Shown in pieces: positions 1-9,076 of a stretch of 64,000 nucleotides of DNA (positions are counted from its first letter, which is position 1; every line of letters starts with the position of its first letter). The notes beneath the pieces were generated by a model. That model saw nothing but the letters and a program-made list of their open reading frames with translations. It searched no databases and was not told where the DNA came from. The stretch comes from Myxococcota bacterium (lineage in GTDB: Bacteria; Myxococcota; XYA12-FULL-58-9; JALHOP01). The stretch is from positions 4,926 to 68,925 of the forward strand of contig JALHOP010000010.1 in NCBI GenBank assembly GCA_022842935.1, in the 5' to 3' direction. Position numbers and translations under genes: made by a program.

Positions 1-696
1 CGCGAGCTGTTCACCACGGACCGGACCTTTGCGTTCGTGACGCTCGACCGTGCTGGTCAGCTCGCCAACACTCGCCTTGCGCGCGGGGTAACCTTCGAAG
101 CGGCGTTCGATTCGGCCCTCACCTTGGGATTTGCTCCCGGCGACCCGTCTGTGACCTCGGCGTTCGTCGACCTGCGTTCGAACGTGAGCGCCACGGTGCG
201 TGCCGACGTCGCTCCGGGACTCGAGGCCTACGGACGGGGCGTGCTCGGCATCGGTACAGCCTCGGCGGAGTACCTGCTGACCGATGGACGCGACATCGGC
301 CAGCTCCCTCTCAATCGCCGTCTCGAAGCGGGCCTGCTCTATACCCCATCCGATCGGTTTTTCATCGACGCTGGCATCGAGGTTCCGTTCGGCGTTCAAG
401 CCGACAACCTTCATGACCGCCCGGCGCTAAACCTACGCGGCGGCGCGCTTATCGGTGAATGGACGCTGATGGCCGGTGCACGGGCATCTCTCGCCGCCGA
501 CAGCGAGCTGCTATCGACGGGCGGCTCGGGCGTCGACATGCTCTACGCCGGAGTCGAGCGCTCGTTCGGCAACTTCGCGCTGAGCGCGCAGGCCTATACG
601 GGTGACCAGTTCGGCGAGCGCAGCAGTGGCGCCTCCCTCTCCGTGCGTGCGACGCCGGGTGCGCTCCTCCACGCGATCCGCGATGGCTTTCGCTGA
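1..696 (+). CDS. Hypothetical protein, 5'-truncated by the window edge; possibly an outer-membrane beta-barrel
   Basis: The frame is open from base 1. Alternating hydrophobic beta-strand-like segments with Gly/aromatic residues (e.g. MLYAGVERSFGNFALSAQAY). Confidence 0.5.
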   Translation, partial: RELFTTDRTFAFVTLDRAGQLANTRLARGVTFEAAFDSALTLGFAPGDPSVTSAFVDLRSNVSATVRADVAPGLEAYGRGVLGIGTASAEYLLTDGRDIGQLPLNRRLEAGLLYTPSDRFFIDAGIEVPFGVQADNLHDRPALNLRGGALIGEWTLMAGARASLAADSELLSTGGSGVDMLYAGVERSFGNFALSAQAYTGDQFGERSSGASLSVRATPGALLHAIRDGFR

Positions 697-743
697 AGGC
701 TCACGTCGCTTGGCGATCGCGCCTCAATGCGCGGCGGCCTCGC

Positions 744-1109
744 TCAAGCGGTGTCGACAATCTTCGAAAGGGCCGCGGGATCGATCGGCTTGACGATGTG
801 CATGTCGAAGCCAGCGTCTTTGACTTCGCGCATGACGTCGGGGCCGCTGTGGCCAGTCAGGGCAACGAGCGCGATGGCGTCCGCATGGCGGGCGCGTAGC
901 TCACGCGCAACCTCAAGGCCGCTCATGCCAGCGGGGAGCCCGAGATCACACAAGACGATCTCGGGGACGACCTCGTAAGCCCGCGACAAACCCTCCTCCC
1001 CGCTGTGCGCGACCGCGACATCGTGTCCAGCGAGCTCGAGGACGAGACGCAGACTCTCTGCGGCATCGAAGTTGTCTTCGATGACGAGTACACGGCGGGA
1101 GGTGGTCAT
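744..1109 (-). CDS. Single-domain response regulator (CheY-like receiver)
   Basis: VLVIEDN acidic pocket, CDLGLP phospho-Asp, ALTG, KP motif. Confidence 0.9.
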   Translation of the reverse strand: MTTSRRVLVIEDNFDAAESLRLVLELAGHDVAVAHSGEEGLSRAYEVVPEIVLCDLGLPAGMSGLEVARELRARHADAIALVALTGHSGPDVMREVKDAGFDMHIVKPIDPAALSKIVDTA

Positions 1110-1183
1110 GATCGGCTCGACACTCTCTTACGTGACCGCGCACGCGCTTGCCAAGCGGCTCGCGCCGGGCCAAGACGGAACGC

Positions 1184-1531
1184 GTGAAGTACGTCTTGGC
1201 GATAACCGCAGTCGTGCTGATGGGGGTCGGGGTTCTTGCGATGCGTCCGACCGCTCGCCATGAGGTCCGTGACCGCTATCGGGTCGCCGAAGAACGCATC
1301 GAAGCCGAGCGCGCCCGCGGCCATCTCGACAGCGGCGAGGTCGAGCGCTTGCGCTTGGCGCTCATGGCCGCTCGCGCAGGCAGTCAGGAGCCGCACACGA
1401 AAGTTCTCAGGGGCGAGGCCCTCCAACGTGCAACCTCTGAGATCAGCGCCTGTCGCATCACCGACCTCACGCCTTGGCTCGACGAGCCTATCGGGGTCGC
1501 GTCGTGTGCGTTTACCCCAACCGGTCGATGA
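1184..1531 (+). CDS. Hypothetical secreted or membrane-anchored protein
   Basis: GTG start at 1184 gives a signal-like N-terminus (MKYVLAITAVVLMGVGVLA). Overlaps the next gene convergently by 20 bp. Confidence 0.5.
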   Translation: MKYVLAITAVVLMGVGVLAMRPTARHEVRDRYRVAEERIEAERARGHLDSGEVERLRLALMAARAGSQEPHTKVLRGEALQRATSEISACRITDLTPWLDEPIGVASCAFTPTGR

Positions 1532-1784
1532 GCGCGGTCATACGCTTTCGCAGACGGCCCACCTTCTTGCTCACCCGCTCGAGGTCTGCCTGGGTGGCAA
1601 GACCCAGCACACCCAATAAGCGCGATGCGTTCTCGTCGATGAACGCGCGACTCTCCTGAACACGGCGCACTGCCGCTCCAACCGCGGACGAGCTCTCTTC
1701 CGACGCGAGCAAGTCGTCGATGGCGCTCTTACCCACGGTCTTGGCGCGCTCTTTCACACGCTTCCAGAGGGGCGAGTCGGCCAT
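1512..1784 (-). CDS. Small helical protein, phasin/PhaI-like C-terminal motif
   Basis: LLGVLGLATQADLERVSKKVGRL resembles the LxxLGxPsxxD-coiled-coil tail of PHA-granule proteins. Starts 2 nt after the upstream gene's stop. Confidence 0.5.
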   Translation of the reverse strand: MADSPLWKRVKERAKTVGKSAIDDLLASEESSSAVGAAVRRVQESRAFIDENASRLLGVLGLATQADLERVSKKVGRLRKRMTALIDRLG

Positions 1785-1786
1785 GG

Positions 1787-2881
1787 CTACTTGCCCTTTT
1801 TCTTGGTCTTCGCCTTGGCCACCACGGGCGCTTTGCCACCGCGACGCAAGATGTCGTAGCTCGCCTTGCCTTTCGAGATGGTCATGATGGCCGCCATGCC
1901 CTCGGATTCGCTCTTGTCGTTCATCATCCAGGTGACGGCATCGGCCGGGCCCGGATTGAGGTACAGCTGCTCGACCATCTTCTTCGGAGGAACCAACTCG
2001 CTGCCATCGCTGTTGGTGCCGTGACCACCGGCTTCGTGGATGTTGCCGAAGATGCCGAAGGGCACTTTGTGCTCGGCCATCAGCATCATCATGTCGGGGT
2101 CACCCACGTGGTTACCCTCGGTCGTCAGGTCGACGCCGTATTGGCCGCTCTGCTTGGGACCACCATGGGACACCAGCACGACCGGCGACTTCGCGGCCTT
2201 GATGATGGCCCCTGCCGCTTCGACGTCCGCTGGGTGATATTGGCATCCGTCCTTGGCGTGGATGAAGGCTGGGTTGAAGTAGCCGGGAAGGGAAACGAAG
2301 TCAGCCTGCGGGGTGTGAACGCGGCGCACCTTCACCAGATCGAACACGTGCGGCGAGCGCTGTTGGATCGCCGCCATCGCGGTCTTGTAAGCCATGCGCC
2401 CTTCGCCGTTACCGATGGTCACGAACACCGGCACCTGCGCGCTCGCGAGCACATCGATGGCACTCTCGATGCCGGCCTGCGTGGTCCCCGAATCGCCGTC
2501 GACGATGATGAGGTCGACCTTGTTCTTCTTGAACCATGCGATGAAGGCCTTGAGGTTCGCGAGGTTCTCCTCGGAGCTCTCCTTGATGTCGGTCACGGTG
2601 CCCACAACAACGGTGTCACGAGCCGGCCCCGTCCACGCTACGGTGCTGCCGTTCTCTTCCCAGGTTACGCCGTTCCATTGATGGGTCTTGGGTGTGCCTG
2701 CCGTCTCGGAACCCATGCAGTCAGGGTCAGCGGTCTTCGGCGCGCTTGGCGGCGGCGTCACGTCGCTGGGAGCCGGATCGGCCGGCACGGGCGGAGGGAC
2801 CGTAGGAGTCTGGTCGGGCTGCTTGTCGGTTTCGCAAGCGACGAGGGCGATAAAGACCAGTGGTGAGAGGCGACGAATCAT
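1787..2881 (-). CDS. Lipoprotein with a degenerate calcineurin-like metallophosphoesterase domain
   Basis: ATG 2881 gives MIRRLSPLVFIALVAC (lipobox), then a Pro-rich linker, then motif equivalents TDIK / GDSG / GNGE / SH / GNIH. Confidence 0.75.
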   Translation of the reverse strand: MIRRLSPLVFIALVACETDKQPDQTPTVPPPVPADPAPSDVTPPPSAPKTADPDCMGSETAGTPKTHQWNGVTWEENGSTVAWTGPARDTVVVGTVTDIKESSEENLANLKAFIAWFKKNKVDLIIVDGDSGTTQAGIESAIDVLASAQVPVFVTIGNGEGRMAYKTAMAAIQQRSPHVFDLVKVRRVHTPQADFVSLPGYFNPAFIHAKDGCQYHPADVEAAGAIIKAAKSPVVLVSHGGPKQSGQYGVDLTTEGNHVGDPDMMMLMAEHKVPFGIFGNIHEAGGHGTNSDGSELVPPKKMVEQLYLNPGPADAVTWMMNDKSESEGMAAIMTISKGKASYDILRRGGKAPVVAKAKTKKKGK

Positions 2882-2984
2882 CGTGTGGAACCTCGTGAGT
2901 GGTGGCAACAAAGTGCCTTGAGCGGTGTGGGTGGTGCAAGCGACCCCCGTTTGGGGTTCGCGACGCGCCCGCCGCAGTGAGCTG

Positions 2985-3845
2985 CTAGCGGCGCTTGCGC
3001 CCCAACTCGGCGAGGGCGTCCTCCGCCCCGCGCCGCACCGCTTCGACGGGGTGTCCGCTCGCCAAGGTGACCAGATACCCCTCGGCCGTTGGCCCGCCCA
3101 GCGAGCCAAGCGCGAAGACCACCTGCAACACGAACTGCGGATCCTTGTTTCGGGCAAGCTCGATCATCGGCTCGGCCGCCGTCGGGTCGCCAATGGCTAT
3201 CAGGGCACCGATCGCCCGCAGGGCGAGCTCTGGCTTCGTCTTCTCGTCGAGCAACCCGATGAGCGCCGGAACCGCAGCCTTCACTCGACGCTCACCGAGG
3301 CGCTGCACGGCGAAGAGTTGCAGACGCTCGTCGCTGCTCTTGAGCGCGCCAATGAGGTCGCCATCGGGGCCACGGTCGAAGAGGCGCATGCTGACACTTA
3401 CCGACCAGCCATCTTGAAACGCCGCGGTCGCATCTTGGCGGACATCGCTGGTCGCGGGGGCCTTGCCGACGACGTCGTAGCTCATGGCGTCCGGTCGAGG
3501 CCGCAGCTCGAGCCGAACGCGTTGCATCGGTGGCTCTTCGCCGTCACGAACGTCGTCAGGGCGGTGATTGCGTACGTCATCGCGGACAGGCGCGGCGACC
3601 TCGACCCGCAGCGTATGCGTGCCTTCCCGCTCCTCGGGCTTGAAACGCGTGGTGCTGTCTGCGCCGAGCGTCGCGATGATGTCCGCACGCAATCCCTCGC
3701 GCAGCTCGCGGTTCCCTTCGAGCTCAGGTGGCAGATTCAGGAGGAGGCGCGTGATGACGATGGTCGAGGGTGTGCGTTTGCAGCCACCGACCGAGGTCGC
3801 CAGCACCAACGCCAAGACCAGAAACACATGCCTTCTGACCATCAC
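2985..3845 (-). CDS. HEAT-repeat lipoprotein
   Basis: Signal peptide ending VGGC. C-terminal HEAT_2-type repeats (AVPALIGLL, AIGALIAIGD, VVFALGSLG). Confidence 0.8.
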   Translation of the reverse strand: MMVRRHVFLVLALVLATSVGGCKRTPSTIVITRLLLNLPPELEGNRELREGLRADIIATLGADSTTRFKPEEREGTHTLRVEVAAPVRDDVRNHRPDDVRDGEEPPMQRVRLELRPRPDAMSYDVVGKAPATSDVRQDATAAFQDGWSVSVSMRLFDRGPDGDLIGALKSSDERLQLFAVQRLGERRVKAAVPALIGLLDEKTKPELALRAIGALIAIGDPTAAEPMIELARNKDPQFVLQVVFALGSLGGPTAEGYLVTLASGHPVEAVRRGAEDALAELGRKRR

Positions 3846-3869
3846 CGGTTCGGATCATACCCGAATACG

Positions 3870-4604
3870 TTACATGCCCACCAAGAGTCGCTCACCGAAG
3901 ACCGGCGCGAGCCCGGCCTCGATGATCTTCCTGCGAGCGGTGAGCACGTCATACGACATGCGCTGGAACGTGAAGACCTTGGCGTCGGTGTCATACACGC
4001 CACAGCAAGCACGTGGGTCGCGGTCACGGGGTTGCCCGACGCTACCCACGGTGATGATCGTCTTCTGCGACCCATTGCAATCGATGGCGTCGGCAATGAG
4101 CGGCGTCACGACGGCGGCTTCGTCGACGTAAAACGAGATGGTCAGGTGCGAGTGACCGATGAAGGTGACCTGAGCGAGATCGGCTAGCTGGCCGCCGAGC
4201 GCCTCGACCTGCTCGGGAGCAAAAAGATAGTCGAACGCTTCGGGATGAACCGGCGAGCCGTGCGAGAACTCGAGGTCGCCATGGCGGACTTTGAAGGGCA
4301 AGCCGGCGAGCCAGGCGCGGTTTTCGGGAGTAAGTTTGTCGGCAGACCACTGCAGCGCGTGTTTGGCTGCGTCGTAGTACTCGGAGAAATCGATACGCCC
4401 GCAAGCTGCGGCGTCGTGATTGCCGATGATGGCGACGTCGGCGATGGGACGGATGCGGTCGCATACCTCGTTTGGGTTGGCGCCGTAACCGACCGCGTCA
4501 CCCAGGAAGACGTAGGCGTCGCATCTCTGCTCGAGTAGCCACGTCAGCGCGACGTCGAGCGCTTCGAGATTGCCGTGGACATCGGAGAATATTCCGTAGC
4601 GCAT
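3870..4604 (-). CDS. Metallophosphoesterase (calcineurin-like, YfcE/PPP-type)
   Basis: Intact SDVHGN, GDAVGYG, GNHD, HGSP, GHSH and GSVGQPRD motifs. Confidence 0.93.
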   Translation of the reverse strand: MRYGIFSDVHGNLEALDVALTWLLEQRCDAYVFLGDAVGYGANPNEVCDRIRPIADVAIIGNHDAAACGRIDFSEYYDAAKHALQWSADKLTPENRAWLAGLPFKVRHGDLEFSHGSPVHPEAFDYLFAPEQVEALGGQLADLAQVTFIGHSHLTISFYVDEAAVVTPLIADAIDCNGSQKTIITVGSVGQPRDRDPRACCGVYDTDAKVFTFQRMSYDVLTARRKIIEAGLAPVFGERLLVGM

Positions 4605-4610
4605 CGCTGC

Positions 4611-4952
4611 TCAGACGGCCTCTGACGCCGCGCGGTCGTCGATGAAAGCCGAGAGCGCTGCTACATCGCTCAGCGACTCGAAAGCCAGCCCCATGACTCC
4701 GCCGCGACCGCGAAATCCCTCGGCGCGCCAAACCACGCGCGCACGCGCGACAACCGGAACTGGGCTCGTTGGCAATGAGAATCGAAGCACCACACGCTCC
4801 CCAACCTCGGGTGGAGCCGCAGCCAAAACACGCGCGCCGGATAAGCTCAAGTCCGCAAGCGACACGAATCGCTCGGTCTTGGCGTCGATGAGCCAGCAGC
4901 GCAGCGGTGTCGACCGTCGCACGTGATGGCGCTGCTCCTGCGCACGCGACAT
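4611..4952 (-). CDS. PilZ domain protein
   Basis: RRHHVR (RxxxR) and DLSLSG (DxSxxG) c-di-GMP-binding motifs; ARVVW...MGLAF tail. Confidence 0.85.
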   Translation of the reverse strand: MSRAQEQRHHVRRSTPLRCWLIDAKTERFVSLADLSLSGARVLAAAPPEVGERVVLRFSLPTSPVPVVARARVVWRAEGFRGRGGVMGLAFESLSDVAALSAFIDDRAASEAV

Positions 4953-5074
4953 TCGTTGAAAGGATCGAGGAGGCCCAAAACCGTGTCAAGGTCAGGTTTT
5001 CCATTGTCAGGCACCGACAACGGGGCCGTACGCCGCTTCCAATCACCCAGGCCGGCCGTGTAAAACCGCCCGGC

Positions 5075-5674
5075 GTGCCGTCAGCGACCTTCATCTCCGC
5101 CGAGGCCATCGGTTTGCTCGAAATCGACGGCCTACCGCGGGCTTTGCGTGCTCAAGACGCAGCGCTGAAGCGCGCGCCTGTGAAGATCCTCGCCTGCGCT
5201 CCAGTAAGCCCCAACAAGGTCGTGCTGTTAATGACTGGGGATGTCGCGTCGGTCCAGGAGAGCCTCGCGGCCGCAGAAGATGGACTGGGCTCGCGCCGAA
5301 TCGACCGGTTGTTCTTGCCGGGGGTCCATCCCGCCGTCATCGCCGCAGTCCGTGGTGATCGCCTCGTCCCCAACGACGCCCCCTTGGGTATCTTCGAGCT
5401 CGCGACAGTCGCAACGACCATCAGCGCGGCAGACATGGTGGTGAAGGCCACCGAGGTGCGCCTCGAGCGTATGCACCTCGCGACGGGCTTTGGCGGTCGG
5501 GGCTTCTTCACGTTGCGTGGTGAACAGGCCGACGTGGAGGAGGCACACGAGCGGCTCAGCGCCGCCATGGGCGAAGCCCTGCTCGATGCCGAGGTCATTG
5601 CCGCGCCACATGCCGAGCTTCTAGAAGGCGCTTTCAGGCGGCCCTGGAATCTCGATCCGGCCGACAGGGGTTAA
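5075..5674 (+). CDS. Tandem-domain bacterial microcompartment shell protein (BMC-T, PduT/Haliangium BMC-T1-like)
   Basis: Two BMC repeats: AIGLLEI..RALRAQDAALKRAPV..PVSPNKVVLLMTGDVASV and LGIFEL..AADMVVKATEV..GFGGRGFFTLRGEQADV..IAAPH. GTG start at 5075 is inferred. Confidence 0.88.
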   Translation: MPSATFISAEAIGLLEIDGLPRALRAQDAALKRAPVKILACAPVSPNKVVLLMTGDVASVQESLAAAEDGLGSRRIDRLFLPGVHPAVIAAVRGDRLVPNDAPLGIFELATVATTISAADMVVKATEVRLERMHLATGFGGRGFFTLRGEQADVEEAHERLSAAMGEALLDAEVIAAPHAELLEGAFRRPWNLDPADRG

Positions 5675-5683
5675 GACTTCCAC

Positions 5684-6661
5684 ATGAGTCTCGACGAACG
5701 TACCGTGCAGGACACCGCGGCGATGCTTGGCCGCATTCGCGACGAGGTCGCCAAGGTCATGGTTGGCCAGGGCACCCTGGTTGACCGCTTGCTCCTCGCC
5801 TTGGTCGCCGATGGCCACGTGCTCATCGAGGGCATCCCGGGCCTCGCCAAGACCACCGCGGTGAAGGCCTTGGCCGGCGCGGTCGAGACGACCTTCTCGC
5901 GTATCCAATTCACTCCCGACCTTCTACCCGCGGACCTCACCGGCACCGAGGTCTACCGCCCGCAGACCGGCGCCTTCACCGTGAAAAAGGGGCCATTGTT
6001 TGCGAACCTGGTCCTCGCCGACGAGGTCAATCGCGCGCCCGCCAAGGTGCAGAGCGCATTGCTCGAGGCCATGCAAGAGCGGCAGGTAACGCTCGGCGAT
6101 ACCACCCACGTTCTGCCGCAGCCCTTTCTGGTGCTGGCGACACAGAACCCGATCGAGCAGGAAGGCACCTACCCCCTCCCGGAGGCGCAGGTCGATCGCT
6201 TCATGCTCAAGCTCACGGTCGACTACCCCGACAAGGCGTCCGAAAAAGAGATCATGCGCCGCATGAGCGGCCGCGAGACACCGCGTGTGCATGCGGTGGT
6301 TCATCCGCGCGACATCATGGCGGCCCGCGAGGTAGCAGACGCCGTGCACTTGGATACCCGCCTCGAGGACTATATCGTCGATCTGGTGTTCGCGACCCGC
6401 AAGCCCGAGGCGTACGGGCTCGCGAAGCTCGCGAAGTTCATCGCCTTCGGGGCCTCTCCACGCGCGAGCATCGCGCTCGCCAAAGCCGCTCGCGTCCATG
6501 CCCTCATGCAAGGTCGCACCTACGCGACACCGCACGACGTGAAGACCATCGCACTGGACGTCCTCCGCCATCGCGTACTTCCGACCTACGAGGCCGAAGC
6601 ACAAGAGCTCACGGGTGAGCGGATCGTGCGCGACGTGCTCGCGTCGGTCGATGTACCGTGA
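5684..6661 (+). CDS. moxR: MoxR-family AAA+ ATPase
   Basis: GIPGLAKT Walker A, RIQFTPDLLPAD, LADEVNR Walker B, ATQNPIEQEGTYPLPEAQVDRF, GASPR. Confidence 0.97.
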   Translation: MSLDERTVQDTAAMLGRIRDEVAKVMVGQGTLVDRLLLALVADGHVLIEGIPGLAKTTAVKALAGAVETTFSRIQFTPDLLPADLTGTEVYRPQTGAFTVKKGPLFANLVLADEVNRAPAKVQSALLEAMQERQVTLGDTTHVLPQPFLVLATQNPIEQEGTYPLPEAQVDRFMLKLTVDYPDKASEKEIMRRMSGRETPRVHAVVHPRDIMAAREVADAVHLDTRLEDYIVDLVFATRKPEAYGLAKLAKFIAFGASPRASIALAKAARVHALMQGRTYATPHDVKTIALDVLRHRVLPTYEAEAQELTGERIVRDVLASVDVP

Positions 6662-6687
6662 GCACTCCCGGAGCTCGTTAAGTACTT

Positions 6688-7596
6688 ATGGAAGCGCCTC
6701 GTCCCACGCTCGACCCGGAGCTTGCGGCACGAGCCCGCCGGCTTAGAATCCGCGCGCGGCGCTTGTCGAGCGAGCTATTTACCGGCGCCTTCGCGAGCGC
6801 CTTCAAGGGCCGCGGCACCGAGCTCGATCAAGTACGTGAGTACATGCCGGGCGATGACGTCAGGCGCATCGACTGGAACGTGACGGCGCGAGCTCACTCG
6901 GGCGACAGTGCGCGCGCTTTCCTCAAGGAGCACCGCGCCGAGCGCGAGCTCACCGTCGTTCTTCTGGTCGACATGAGCGCCTCGGGCAGTTTCGGTAGCG
7001 TAAGCCGCAGCAAACGCGAGATGGCCGCCGAGCTCGCCGCGCTCCTCGCCTTCGCGTCCATCGCCACCAACGACCGGGTCGGCATCGGACTCTTCACCGA
7101 CCGCATGGAGCGCTACGTGCCGCCGCGCAAGGGTCGAGCGCAGGTTGCGCGCTTGATCCGTGAGCTGCTCACCTTCGAACCAGCCGGTACCGGAACGAAC
7201 CTGACTGCGGCGCTCGCGTACCTGCGGCGGGTGCAGCGTCGACGCGCGGTGGTCTTTCTTATCTCCGACTTCATGGCGCGCAACTACGACGAAATTTTGG
7301 GCGCCGTGGCTGCGCATCACGAAGTCATCGGCTTGCGACCCATCGACGCGCACGAGCTCGTTCTGCCCGACGTTGGCATGGTGACCCTACGCGATGCCGA
7401 AAGCGGCGCAACGCGGCTCGTCGACACGAGCGACCCAAGAGTCCGAGAACACTTCGCGGCGATCGCTGCGCGGCGGGGACAGGAGCTCGCCGATAGCCTG
7501 CGAAAAGCGCGTGTGCCCCTGCTGGATTTGCCGCTCGACGGGACGTACGTCGACATTCTGACCCGTTTCTTCGCGAGCAGACGGAGGCGGCGGTGA
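6688..7596 (+). CDS. DUF58 family protein (MoxR partner)
   Basis: GTELDQVREYMPGDDVRRIDWNVTAR, DMSAS, ISDF. Confidence 0.95.
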   Translation: MEAPRPTLDPELAARARRLRIRARRLSSELFTGAFASAFKGRGTELDQVREYMPGDDVRRIDWNVTARAHSGDSARAFLKEHRAERELTVVLLVDMSASGSFGSVSRSKREMAAELAALLAFASIATNDRVGIGLFTDRMERYVPPRKGRAQVARLIRELLTFEPAGTGTNLTAALAYLRRVQRRRAVVFLISDFMARNYDEILGAVAAHHEVIGLRPIDAHELVLPDVGMVTLRDAESGATRLVDTSDPRVREHFAAIAARRGQELADSLRKARVPLLDLPLDGTYVDILTRFFASRRRRR

Positions 7597-8078
7597 TGGA
7601 CGAGTTGCGCGACATCAAGCCGCTGGTGCCGCTCTCGGAGCCGGTGCCTATTTGGATCTGGGCGCTGATGGCGCTTGTCGCGTCCTCACTGCTGGTTCTT
7701 CTGTGGCGAAGGACGCGACGCAAGAGCGTCGATCAGGTGGTGCTGAGCGAGGCAGAGGCAGCCCGGCGCGCGCTCGAGGCGGTCCGGGGCTTTCGGCCGC
7801 GCGATCGCGCGAGCGCCGAAAGACTTCAGAGCCACATCGCGATCGTCTTGCGCCGCTGGCTCGAGGCGCGCTCCGAGGTTCATGCCACCGACATGACGAC
7901 CGAGGAGCTCGAAGCCGATCCGCGTCTCGCGAAGGTCTTGGGTGAAGAGGGTCGCGCTACGCTGGTTGCCATCCTTACCTTCGCCGACGCGGTGCGCTTC
8001 GCCGGGCGCTCCGCTACGGAAGACGAGCACCGCGAGAGTGTCGAGCGGGCCTCGGCGCTCGTGCGAGGTAGGGCATGA
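7593..8078 (+). CDS. Single-TM accessory protein of the Bat operon (DUF4381-like)
   Basis: ELRDIKP start, one TM helix, MTTEEL and ADAVRFA motifs; overlaps both neighbours. Confidence 0.75.
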   Translation: MMDELRDIKPLVPLSEPVPIWIWALMALVASSLLVLLWRRTRRKSVDQVVLSEAEAARRALEAVRGFRPRDRASAERLQSHIAIVLRRWLEARSEVHATDMTTEELEADPRLAKVLGEEGRATLVAILTFADAVRFAGRSATEDEHRESVERASALVRGRA

Positions 8079-9076
8079 GGCTCGCCGATCCACGTTGGCT
8101 CTTCGCACTCGTCCCCATCTTCGCCGCCTGGCTCGGTTGGCTGTGGTACCAGCGACGCAACGCGCTTTTACCGTCCGCAAGCTTCTCGAGTCTCGATGCA
8201 TTCGCGGACCTCCGCGCCACCTGGGCTGTGCGCGCCCGGCCATGGGTTGTCGGCACGCGGTACGTGGCGGTCGCCCTCCTCTTCGCCGCTCTCGCGCGGC
8301 CTGTTGCATCGCAAGGGAAAAAGGCTCTCACCACCGACGGTCTGCACATCGTTCTCGCCATCGACACGTCTGGGAGCATGCGCGCCCTCGACCTCGACGC
8401 CGAGCGCTCGCTCGAATGGCGACGCACCCGGCTCGAGGTCGTTCGCGACGTGGTCACTGCCTTCATCGAAGCGCGCGTCAATGATGCGGTTGGCTTGGTG
8501 GTGTTCGGGAGCTTTGCCTTCACGCAGGCCCCGCTCACGCTCGACCATGCGCTCGTCGCGAACCTGGCCCAGCGGCTCGAGATTGGCGTCGCCGGAGAGC
8601 AAACGGCGATCGGTGATGCATTGGTCACAGCCGTGAAGAGACTCAAGGACGACAAGGCCAAATCGCGAGTGGTGGTATTGCTCACCGACGGACGCAACAA
8701 CGCGGGCAGCGTCGAGCCGCAAGAGGCAGCGCGCCTCGCGAAAGCCTATGGCGTCAAGGTTTATACCATCGGCGCCGCGCGGCAGGGTCGCGCGCCGATG
8801 GTCGTGGGGGGCCAACTCTTCTACGAAGACGTCGATCTCGACGACGACACCCTAACCGCTATCGCGGAGACAACGGGGGGCAAGTACTACCGCGCCGAAG
8901 ACGCGACGGCGTTGGAGCGCATCTACGCGGACATCGACACTCTAGAGAAGGACGCCATCGACGCACCTGAGCAGCACGAGCTCGATGAGCGATACCCGTT
9001 GTTCGTGGCACCCGCGCTATTCTTGCTGTGCTGCGAGGCTCTGCTGCTGTCGACCCGGCTGAGGACGCTGCCATGA
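8075..9076 (+). CDS. batA: BatA-like VWA domain membrane protein
   Basis: ALARP, MIDAS motif DTSGSM, TAIGDA, LLTDGRNN, VYTIG, IAETTGG, C-terminal TM. Confidence 0.92.
   Translation: MRLADPRWLFALVPIFAAWLGWLWYQRRNALLPSASFSSLDAFADLRATWAVRARPWVVGTRYVAVALLFAALARPVASQGKKALTTDGLHIVLAIDTSGSMRALDLDAERSLEWRRTRLEVVRDVVTAFIEARVNDAVGLVVFGSFAFTQAPLTLDHALVANLAQRLEIGVAGEQTAIGDALVTAVKRLKDDKAKSRVVVLLTDGRNNAGSVEPQEAARLAKAYGVKVYTIGAARQGRAPMVVGGQLFYEDVDLDDDTLTAIAETTGGKYYRAEDATALERIYADIDTLEKDAIDAPEQHELDERYPLFVAPALFLLCCEALLLSTRLRTLP

Noticed and set aside
2925-4187. 420-aa plus-strand ORF and similar long antisense ORFs (34942-36273, 62970-63932, 51127-52110)
   Set aside because: They overlap well-supported genes on the other strand and lack recognisable domains.
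5075-5674. Complete metabolosome (Pdu/Eut) locus
   Set aside because: Only one shell gene; no hexamer, pentamer, aldehyde dehydrogenase or signature enzyme in the window.
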